Source: Candidatus Heimdallarchaeota archaeon (lineage in GTDB: Archaea; Asgardarchaeota; Heimdallarchaeia; JABLTI01). Taken from it: a stretch of 6,954 nucleotides of DNA. Positions within the stretch are counted from its first letter, which is position 1; each line of letters opens with the position of its first letter. The stretch spans positions 1-6,954 of the forward strand of contig JAUWKS010000106.1 in assembly GCA_030614005.1 (NCBI GenBank). Reading direction: 5' to 3'. The position numbers were made by a program, and so were the translations under genes. The notes below the pieces were generated by a model. It saw only the letters and a program-made list of their open reading frames with translations. It was not told the DNA's origin and searched no databases. This document shows positions 1 through 6,663 of the stretch, one piece after another.

Positions 1-15
1 TATTGTGTGAAGAAG

Positions 16-678
16 ATGAAAAAAGAGCACTATTTTACAAATGAGAATCGTGAAGCGAAAATTGCAGAATGGAAAGAAATTCTCTCTAATTATTATTCTA
101 GTAAAAAAAAGTTCACCTTTGAAATGGAAAACACCGCATTATTGATCATTGATATGCAAGAATATTTTATCAACGCCAGCTCGTATGCTTTTATACCATC
201 AGCAAGGACAATAATTGAGCCAATTTTAAAACTAAAAAAAGCTTTTGAGGAAAATAACAAAGCCGTTTTTTTCACACAATATGGATTACAACCCATAATT
301 AATGATAACAGTATGATGCATAGATGGTGGAAAAAGTCATTAAGCACAAAAGATGCTATGTTTGAGATCTCACCTGAAATGGATGTAGATAAAAAGTCAG
401 TTTATTTTAAAACTACATATGATGTATTCGAAACAACAAAACTAGCACTCGATCTTGATAAACAAGGAATTACAAAATTGGTTATTACCGGAGTTGCAAC
501 TCATTTATGTTGTGAATCTATAGCAAGAAGTGCTTTCGACTTAGGTTTTGAGGTTTATTTACCAATAGATTGCATGGCAACATCTACAGAAGAATTTCAT
601 TTGAATACATTGAAAGCAGCTAGTAATGGTTTTGGGATACCCATAACAAGTGAAGAAATCTTGGAGAAGGCAAAATGA
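16..678 (+). CDS. Isochorismatase-family cysteine hydrolase (amidase-like, substrate unknown)
   Basis: Family motifs ALLIIDMQEYF, FKTTYDVF and LVITGVATHLCCESIARSAFDLGFEVY give an intact Asp-Lys-Cys triad (D49/K135/C168 in the 223-aa track numbering). The ORF can start at GTG 7; ATG 16 is preferred because GTGA (7-10) lies 5 nt upstream of it. Confidence 0.9.
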   Translation: MKKEHYFTNENREAKIAEWKEILSNYYSSKKKFTFEMENTALLIIDMQEYFINASSYAFIPSARTIIEPILKLKKAFEENNKAVFFTQYGLQPIINDNSMMHRWWKKSLSTKDAMFEISPEMDVDKKSVYFKTTYDVFETTKLALDLDKQGITKLVITGVATHLCCESIARSAFDLGFEVYLPIDCMATSTEEFHLNTLKAASNGFGIPITSEEILEKAK

Positions 679-1544
679 ACGAAAGGCAAACTAAAGTAGC
701 AATAATCGGTGCTGGTCCAGCGGGTTGTGCAGCAGCAATCCAACTTAAAAGAGCAGGAATTGACCCCATTTTATTTGAAAAATACAAAATTGGTGGATTA
801 GCACTAAATGCCAATCTAATCGAAAATTATCTTGGTATTGAACAAGGGATTACTGGTTTAGAGTTTGGCGAAAAAATGGAAGAACAAGTGCTGTCATTAG
901 TTATTGATACTATTTTTGAAGAAGTAGAAAAAATAACTATCGAAGAAGATCAAATTGTGCTTTCAACAAAAAAAACAACTTGTCTTTGTGATTATCTAAT
1001 TGTTGCTACAGGTTCAATCTCAAAAACCCTAGGAGTTAAAGGAGAAAGCGAAGCAGAAAAAAGAAAACTGTTATTCTACGAACCAATTTTCGTACCAGAA
1101 GCAAAAATCACTGATTCAAAGATTGCTATTATAGGTGGAAGTGACGCTGCTTTTGATTATGCATTAAATTTTGCTCAGAGAAAAAATGAAATTACTATCA
1201 TACATCGTAGTGATAAATTCAAATGTTTGCCCTTGCTTTATTATAGAGTTTCTAATCTCGAGTCAATTGAGCTATTAAATCCTAAAGAAATAAAAGAATT
1301 CCAATTCTCGAATGAAAATAAGCTAGATCTTCTATTGGATGATGATTCAATACTAAAAGCTGATTTTGCATTAGTTGCTATTGGTAGAAAACCAAATAAT
1401 CTGTTGCTCAAAGATATTCCTAAAGAATTATTTGAAAATAAAATATTCACAATTGGTGATTTGGTAAATGATCATTATCGCCAAATATCAATTGCTGCAG
1501 GTGAAGGTTTATTTTGCGCTATGAAAATAATTGAATTAATTTGA
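675..1544 (+). CDS. NAD(P)/FAD-dependent oxidoreductase, thioredoxin-reductase-like, without redox-active CxxC
   Basis: FAD motif IIGAGPAG, ENYLG, ATGS, second dinucleotide motif IIGGSDAA, HRSDKFK and C-terminal GD...RQISIAAGEG all follow the TrxB layout. The CxxC position reads FYEPIF. The start overlaps the upstream stop (ATGA, 675-678), with GGAG at 663-666. Confidence 0.88.
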   Translation: MNERQTKVAIIGAGPAGCAAAIQLKRAGIDPILFEKYKIGGLALNANLIENYLGIEQGITGLEFGEKMEEQVLSLVIDTIFEEVEKITIEEDQIVLSTKKTTCLCDYLIVATGSISKTLGVKGESEAEKRKLLFYEPIFVPEAKITDSKIAIIGGSDAAFDYALNFAQRKNEITIIHRSDKFKCLPLLYYRVSNLESIELLNPKEIKEFQFSNENKLDLLLDDDSILKADFALVAIGRKPNNLLLKDIPKELFENKIFTIGDLVNDHYRQISIAAGEGLFCAMKIIELI

Positions 1545-1589
1545 CAATATTAAATGATTACCCTAACTACTAAGTAAACTAAACGGTGG

Positions 1590-1595
1590 AAAAAA
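1590..1595 (-). terminator. Oligo-T tract downstream of the TPR gene
   Basis: T6 on the minus strand about 15 nt after the TPR stop, in the convergent gap 1545-1610. No strong hairpin. Confidence 0.35.
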
Positions 1596-1610
1596 CCAAG
1601 AACAATCGAT

Positions 1611-2252
1611 TCATTCGATTCCTTGTTCCTTCTTAATTCTTTTTAGCACACGTTTTGCTCCCGATATATTGGGCTCTATTTCTAATACTTTCTCAAGTGC
1701 TTCAATAGCTAACTCAAATTTGCCTAAATCCTCATAAAGTTTACTCAGACCAGACCAACTTTCAATTTTAGTGGGTTTAATTTCAACTGCTTTTTTCCAA
1801 CATTCAATTGCTTTTTCACTATTACCATCGTTAATATAAGCAATTGCCATATTATTCCATGCTTCATGGTCATCTGGTTGTAAAGTAACTACTTTAGTGT
1901 AAAATTCAATTGCTTTGTCATTAACACCTAATTCTTTAAGAGTATTAGCCATATTATACAGGACATCGATTTCATCAGGTTTAATGCCTAAAGCTCTTCT
2001 CCAACAATAGAATGCATTCTTCCAATCGCCTCTACCGTCATAGAGTACATTTCCTAAATTATACCAACCATCAAAATGATCCGGATCTAGTTCTGTTGTT
2101 TTTACCCAACATTCAATTGCATCTTCAGCGTCTCCATTTTGTGCGTATACTAAGCCTTCTTTGTAGTATTTCTCGGCTTCTGCAAGTTCTTCCTTTTTTG
2201 GTTTGGACTTTTTTGTTGTACTTTTCTTTGTTGTACTTTTCTTTTCTGTCAA
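1611..2252 (-). CDS. Tetratricopeptide-repeat protein (5 TPRs plus capping helix) with Lys/Ser/Thr-rich N-terminal tail
   Basis: Five 34-35 aa units with TPR consensus (e.g. AWNNMAIAYINDGNSEKAIECWKKAVEIKP) ending in DPD/KPD/QPD/KPT/EPN. The longest ORF starts at ATG 2276; TTG 2252 is preferred because GGTGA (2262-2258) lies 5 nt upstream. No signal peptide or TM segment is apparent. Confidence 0.88.
   Translation of the reverse strand: MTEKKSTTKKSTTKKSKPKKEELAEAEKYYKEGLVYAQNGDAEDAIECWVKTTELDPDHFDGWYNLGNVLYDGRGDWKNAFYCWRRALGIKPDEIDVLYNMANTLKELGVNDKAIEFYTKVVTLQPDDHEAWNNMAIAYINDGNSEKAIECWKKAVEIKPTKIESWSGLSKLYEDLGKFELAIEALEKVLEIEPNISGAKRVLKRIKKEQGIE
2212..2244 (-). repeat. Perfect 15-bp tandem duplication encoding KKSTT-KKSTT
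   Basis: TGTTGTACTTTTCTT at 2214-2228 and 2229-2243 on the + strand, followed in the protein by a degenerate third unit KKSKP. Confidence 0.9.
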
Positions 2253-2342
2253 TAATTTCACCACTTTCTCTAACATAGAATTCTTATCTATTAATGTACT
2301 CTAGTTGGGATTTTCTTATCTTTTATACCAGCGAGATTAACA

Positions 2343-2389
2343 GAAAAGATATTCTTTTCCTGATTTTGTAAACAAGATTCAAAAATCAG
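2343..2389 (-). terminator. Two abutting inverted repeats between pepF and the TPR gene
   Basis: GAAAAGA-TAT-TCTTTTC (2343-2359) and CTGATTTT-N14-AAAATCAG (2360-2389), beginning about 20 nt after the pepF stop. Confidence 0.4.
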
Positions 2390-2408
2390 AAGTGAAAAGG
2401 TCGTGAAA

Positions 2409-4190
2409 TTACTCCACAAGCTTTTCTAATTCCAACAGAAAATATTCGTATTGTTTCATACCTAATTCCCAAAATTCTGGTTTAGAGATATCTAGACCAA
2501 CAATTTCACCTAATTCTTGGGGAGACAATGATCCACCAGCTGCTAAAATTTGTTTGAATTTAGGAATAAACTCTTCTTTTTCTTTTAGATATTGCTGATA
2601 GAGTGCATACACGAAAAGTTGTGCGAAAATGTAAGGGTAATTGTAGTATCTAAAATTTGACATAAAATAATGTGGAACAAGAGACCATGAGGAGTTAATA
2701 TCCTCAAACCATTCTACAGTATCGCCAAAGATTTTATCTCGATTAGTTATCCAATAATTGGTTATTGTTTTACTATCTAGGAATTCGCCACGTTCTATTG
2801 CTTCATAAATATCTGTTTCAAACCAATACATCGGTGTTAGACCAAAAATTATATGACCAATTCTGCTCACAAGTTTCAATAGAATATCTATTTTCTCTTC
2901 TTTTGTTTTCATGTTTGCTAGTAGTTCCTCTACTAGTAGCAACTCTCCGAAGAAGGAAGCCGTTTCAGCAGCTACCGCAGGGAAATTGGTATTGAAGATT
3001 GTTTGTTCTTTAACCATAAGATATGCATGGATAGAATGCCCTAATTCATGTGCTAATGTTTGCACACTATCAAGATCCTCATTGAAGCTTTGAAGAATGA
3101 AGGTAGATTCTCCACGATACCAAGTAGAACAAAAAGCACCAGGAGTTTTTCCTTTTCTTGGAACAGCATCAATATGATTTCTCTTGAACATATCATCTAC
3201 AATAGCCAATATATCTGAATCAAATTTCGAGAAGGAGGTTTTAATGAGTGCTTGGGCTTCTTCCCATGAATAACTCTTCTGTTTTATTCCAGGTAGAGGG
3301 GCTAAGAAATCATACGCAGCTAGTTTCGGCAGATTAAGTAATTTTGATTTTATTTTTATAGCTCTTTGATAGAGACCAACATTATCTTCTATTGTTTTGA
3401 ACATGCTGTCAAGGATTTTTTGTGTTATCTCATTGGATACAAGAGAAGCATCTATAGGTTTCTCATAATTTCTTCTTTTACTCACTGTTACCCAATCATT
3501 GAAAATATTACGAAGAGCAAACGAATAGAGTTCACCATCACCGGCTACATTTTTGTAAACAGTTTCAGCAGCTATTTTTCTGATGTCTCTATTTTCACTT
3601 ATTCGGTATTTACTATATTCACCAATGTGAAACTTCTCTTTCTTACCATCAATTTCTATTTCAAATTCCCTAGTGCTTGCCCATTTATTTCGTAAATCTT
3701 CCCAAGCATTTACTCCAAATTGATCTTTTTCTATTACCAACTGTTCTTCAACTTTAGATAATCTGTGAGGAACTGAAACTTTGATTTTTTCTAGAAAATG
3801 CTTGTAATTCTCTAAAATTGAATCATCTATCAAATCCGACTTTATCTTAAGCAAGTTACCTATCTCTAATTGGATAAAAGTGAGCTTCTTTCGATTAACT
3901 GTTGAATTAGTATTATGCTTATTATATAATTGCTGAGCTTTTTCATCCATCATATTTCCATAAAAAGAAAAACCTGCATAATTATTCATTTCATTCAAGA
4001 GAATATAATATTCTTCAGATTCTTTTAAAAGATCAAGTAACCCTTTTGCATCTAATTCTTTTATCTTACCTTGATATTTTTTACAAATAGAATCTACCAT
4101 TTTATTCATTTTTTCAAATGTTATATTGATAGCTGGATCGTCAATACTTGGGAATATTTCTGTTAAATCAAAAGGAATTTCTTTTGTCAT
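2409..4190 (-). CDS. pepF: Oligoendopeptidase F (peptidase family M3B zinc metallopeptidase)
   Basis: Zinc motif HELGH (HExxH), downstream AETASFFGE carrying the third ligand, GKTPGAFC, PHYF...YNYPY, N-terminal FDLTEIFP and a length of ~595 aa. Start is ATG 4190, or TTG 4199 as in the track. Confidence 0.9.
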   Translation of the reverse strand: MTKEIPFDLTEIFPSIDDPAINITFEKMNKMVDSICKKYQGKIKELDAKGLLDLLKESEEYYILLNEMNNYAGFSFYGNMMDEKAQQLYNKHNTNSTVNRKKLTFIQLEIGNLLKIKSDLIDDSILENYKHFLEKIKVSVPHRLSKVEEQLVIEKDQFGVNAWEDLRNKWASTREFEIEIDGKKEKFHIGEYSKYRISENRDIRKIAAETVYKNVAGDGELYSFALRNIFNDWVTVSKRRNYEKPIDASLVSNEITQKILDSMFKTIEDNVGLYQRAIKIKSKLLNLPKLAAYDFLAPLPGIKQKSYSWEEAQALIKTSFSKFDSDILAIVDDMFKRNHIDAVPRKGKTPGAFCSTWYRGESTFILQSFNEDLDSVQTLAHELGHSIHAYLMVKEQTIFNTNFPAVAAETASFFGELLLVEELLANMKTKEEKIDILLKLVSRIGHIIFGLTPMYWFETDIYEAIERGEFLDSKTITNYWITNRDKIFGDTVEWFEDINSSWSLVPHYFMSNFRYYNYPYIFAQLFVYALYQQYLKEKEEFIPKFKQILAAGGSLSPQELGEIVGLDISKPEFWELGMKQYEYFLLELEKLVE

Positions 4191-4200
4191 CTTTCTCAAA

Positions 4201-4250
4201 CTCTTTTATTAAACTAATTATCTAAGATTACTTTTCAAAAAATAAAAGAG
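4201..4250. promoter_or_regulatory. Perfect 10-bp inverted repeat in the pepF/acetamidase divergent region
   Basis: CTCTTTTATT (4201-4210) and AATAAAAGAG (4241-4250) with a 30-nt spacer. It extends to 4197-4255 with one bulge. Confidence 0.55.
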
Positions 4251-4290
4251 ATTTGGTTAAATTGATTGAGTTGCCTTTGATAAATCTGTT

Positions 4291-4308
4291 GAGAAAGGGT
4301 TTTTTATT
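4291..4308 (+). promoter_or_regulatory. Candidate archaeal BRE/TATA promoter of the acetamidase gene
   Basis: Purine run GAGAAAGGG followed by TTTTTTATT, ending ~30 nt upstream of ATG 4340. AT-rich background makes this a weak call. Confidence 0.45.
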
Positions 4309-4339
4309 TGGTTATCATTAACTAATTAAGTGACTCGAA

Positions 4340-5224
4340 ATGACAGAAAAGAAAATTTCAATGAAAGATGTTGTATTTAAAGCGGATAAAAATAATCCTC
4401 CAGTTTTAACCATAGAATCTGGTGACACAGTTACTTTTGAATGTAAGGATGCATTTAATCAAGTAATTAAAAAACCAGAAGATTTACCAATTAATTTTGA
4501 TATGGACCACATAAATCCTGCAACAGGTCCTGTTTACATTAAAGGTGCGGAACCCGGAGATACTCTCGAAGTTCATATACAAAAAATCGAGGTAGCTGAA
4601 CAAGGTGCTTGCTGTATCATACCAAATTTTGGTTTTCTAGCGCCTGAGTATCCAGAACCATGGACAAGAATCATTCCTATTAAAGATGGATATGCAATTT
4701 TTAGTGATAAGGTAAAAATACCTATTGATCCATTCCCTGGAACAATTATTGTTGCACCAGCGGAAGGATCACATGGAACACTAATTCCTAAGGAATATGG
4801 TGGAAATATGGATTCAAAAGCATGTAGAGTAGGAACAATTGTTTATCTGCCAATATTTGTTGAAGGTGCTCTTTTTGCTGTTGGTGATGTTCATGCAGTT
4901 CAAGGAGATGGAGAAGTATGTGGTACAGCAGTAGAAATAGATGCAAATGTAACAATAAAATTGGTTGTTAACAAAAACAAAAAGATCTCAAGACCACAAT
5001 ATGAAACTAAAGATTATTTCATGACTACCGCTTGGGCTGAGACAACTGATGAAGCAGCTAAAATCGCTTTACGCGATATGATTGATTGGCTAGTTGCTGA
5101 AAAAGGATTAACTCGAGAAGAAGCGTATGCCCTCAGTAGTTGTACTGTTGATATAAGAGTGAGTCAATTTGTTGATGTCACACCTGGTGTAAGAGCTGTT
5201 CTCCCTAAGAATATTTTCAATTAA
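4340..5224 (+). CDS. Acetamidase/formamidase family protein (FmdA/AmdA)
   Basis: Motifs PPVLTIESGDTVTFE, NPATGPVYIKGAEPGDTLEVHI, PFPGTIIVAP, GGNMD, GDVHAVQGDGEVCGTAVE and the C-terminal EEAYALSSCTVDIRVSQFVD. GTGA at 4330-4333 precedes the ATG. Confidence 0.92.
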   Translation: MTEKKISMKDVVFKADKNNPPVLTIESGDTVTFECKDAFNQVIKKPEDLPINFDMDHINPATGPVYIKGAEPGDTLEVHIQKIEVAEQGACCIIPNFGFLAPEYPEPWTRIIPIKDGYAIFSDKVKIPIDPFPGTIIVAPAEGSHGTLIPKEYGGNMDSKACRVGTIVYLPIFVEGALFAVGDVHAVQGDGEVCGTAVEIDANVTIKLVVNKNKKISRPQYETKDYFMTTAWAETTDEAAKIALRDMIDWLVAEKGLTREEAYALSSCTVDIRVSQFVDVTPGVRAVLPKNIFN

Positions 5225-5239
5225 CAAATAGTAGAGTAT

Positions 5240-5270
5240 AGGATTTGAGTAATAACTCAATCCTCTTTTC
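5240..5270 (+). terminator. Stem-loop plus short T tract between the convergent acetamidase and LRR genes
   Basis: AGGATTTGAGT (5240-5250), loop AATA, ACTCAATCCT (5255-5264): a 10-bp stem with one bulged T, followed by CTTTTC, starting 15 nt after the acetamidase stop. Confidence 0.65.
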
Positions 5271-5282
5271 TAAGATTATCTA

Positions 5283-6554
5283 TCATCTATAGTAGTTTCT
5301 AGGATTATTTATTAAAGGGAGATTTTTGTTCTTCAATTTTTTTAATTTCTCCAAACCTTCATGATTAAGTATTAAGTTAGAAACCAAACTCAAATATTCT
5401 AGATTTCTAAGTGTATCTAATCCTTTAATTTCAGTTATATTATTCCTTTCAAGATTGAGAGACAGTAATTTTGTTAGATTTTCTAAACCCTTTATCTCAG
5501 TAATTGGATTATTTTTGAGATCCAATTTCAACAGGTTAACTAGCGTTTCTAATCCACTTATTTCTTTTATATGATTATGATGTAAAATGAGTTCTTCTAA
5601 ATTTCTTAATGATTCCAATCCATTGATTTCAGTTATATTATTTCTATGAATTTTCAATGATTTAAGATTGCTTAATTCTTCCAATCCTTCTATTTTGTTT
5701 ATTTCATTAGAACCAAGGTTCAAGCTTTGTAAGCTCTTAAGTTGCTCCAATCCTTCTATTTTGACAATACTATTATAATCTAGAAAAAGAGATTCTAAAT
5801 TTAGTGCTTTCTTCAATCCGTTAATTTCTTGAATGTTATTAGAACTGAGATCCAACCTCTTTAGCTTTGGTAAAAGATGTAGGTATCTTATCTCTTGTAT
5901 ACCATTATCCCTGAAATTCAACTCTTCGAGATTTGGTAGTGATTGCAAATGTTTAATTTCCTCCTCTCTCATTTCATGAATTTGATTGTTAGACAGATCC
6001 AGAACTTGTAAATTCACTAATTGATCTAAGTTTTCAATATTTGAAATTTCACTATGCCCAATTGATAGGTGATTAAGATTTGTTTGATTCTCCAAGCCTT
6101 GAATTTCTGAGATTTTATTATAACCTATTGTTAACTTTCTCAGGTTAGAATTTTTCTCTAAACCTTCTATCTCAGAAATATAATTTGCAAAAAGGTTAAG
6201 CTCTTGCAGATTAACTAGATTGTCTAATCCTTCGATTTCTGTTATTCTATTATAGGAGATGTTTAAAACTCGCAATTTGGTTAGAGTATCCAATCCTTCT
6301 ATCTTCTCGATATGTCCCTCTCTCACATCACTTTCTGGTATGAAATCGCACTCAAAAGTTAAATACTCTAAGCTTGTTAATTTCTCCAAACCTTCTATTT
6401 TTGAGATTTCAGTATTTGACAAAACTAATTTTTTAAGATTTACTAACTTATCTAATCCATTAATTTCACTTATTTTTCTAATACCACTGCTATCTAAATT
6501 TAATTCATTGTTTTTAACTTTGCTAGATATTTCCTTGCTGTCAACTTCTTTCAA
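5283..6554 (-). CDS. Stand-alone leucine-rich-repeat protein, about 17 SDS22-like/internalin-like 22-aa repeats
   Basis: Repeated IxxIxGLxxLxxLxxLxLxxNx along nearly the whole 423 aa, ending in an LxLxxNP-type cap (LPLINNP). TTG start with GGTGTGAG just upstream. No signal peptide, TM or catalytic domain is apparent. Confidence 0.93.
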   Translation of the reverse strand: MKEVDSKEISSKVKNNELNLDSSGIRKISEINGLDKLVNLKKLVLSNTEISKIEGLEKLTSLEYLTFECDFIPESDVREGHIEKIEGLDTLTKLRVLNISYNRITEIEGLDNLVNLQELNLFANYISEIEGLEKNSNLRKLTIGYNKISEIQGLENQTNLNHLSIGHSEISNIENLDQLVNLQVLDLSNNQIHEMREEEIKHLQSLPNLEELNFRDNGIQEIRYLHLLPKLKRLDLSSNNIQEINGLKKALNLESLFLDYNSIVKIEGLEQLKSLQSLNLGSNEINKIEGLEELSNLKSLKIHRNNITEINGLESLRNLEELILHHNHIKEISGLETLVNLLKLDLKNNPITEIKGLENLTKLLSLNLERNNITEIKGLDTLRNLEYLSLVSNLILNHEGLEKLKKLKNKNLPLINNPRNYYR

Positions 6555-6580
6555 CTGCTTCTCACACCAATATCAAACTG

Positions 6581-6593
6581 ATTTACAGTAAAT
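6581..6593. promoter_or_regulatory. Palindrome upstream of the LRR gene, candidate operator
   Basis: ATTTAC-A-GTAAAT, perfect 6-bp arms, 26 nt upstream of the TTG start. Confidence 0.4.
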
Positions 6594-6663
6594 AATTAAC
6601 ACAATCGAATAAAAATCTGTAGCTCAAACAATAATAATTAAACAATTTACTAAAAATAGAGTA

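Noticed and set aside
93-1450. Minus-strand ORFs 93..347, 620..814 and 1241..1450
   Set aside because: Antisense shadows of two motif-rich genes, with no recognisable motifs of their own.
675-1544. Calling this gene trxB
   Set aside because: The catalytic CxxC is absent, so no gene symbol is given.
1541-1570. TTGACA resembling a bacterial -35 box
   Set aside because: It overlaps the oxidoreductase stop codon, has only a poor -10 match and points antisense into the TPR gene.
2012-3695. Plus-strand ORFs 2012..2278, 2765..2995, 2911..3093 and 3366..3695
   Set aside because: Antisense to TPR and pepF. Their Leu/Phe/Ser richness is what reverse-complemented Lys/Glu codons produce.
2409-4190. 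Possible inactive or fused PepF
   Set aside because: HExxH and the third ligand are intact and the length is ordinary for family M3B.
4729-4760. PFPGTIIVAP where many family members have GTIGVAP
   Set aside because: Single substitution outside the GGNMD/GDxH/GDGE core; not enough to argue altered function.
5340-6480. Recurring ~66-bp-period DNA repeats (e.g. TCCAATCCTTCTATTTTG at 5680 and 5746) as a CRISPR array or DGR
   Set aside because: They lie in frame within the LRR gene, match the 22-aa period and are degenerate. No unique spacers, cas genes or reverse transcriptase are present.
6259-6591. Plus-strand 110-aa ORF
   Set aside because: Antisense shadow of the LRR gene; its periodicity only mirrors the LRR repeats.
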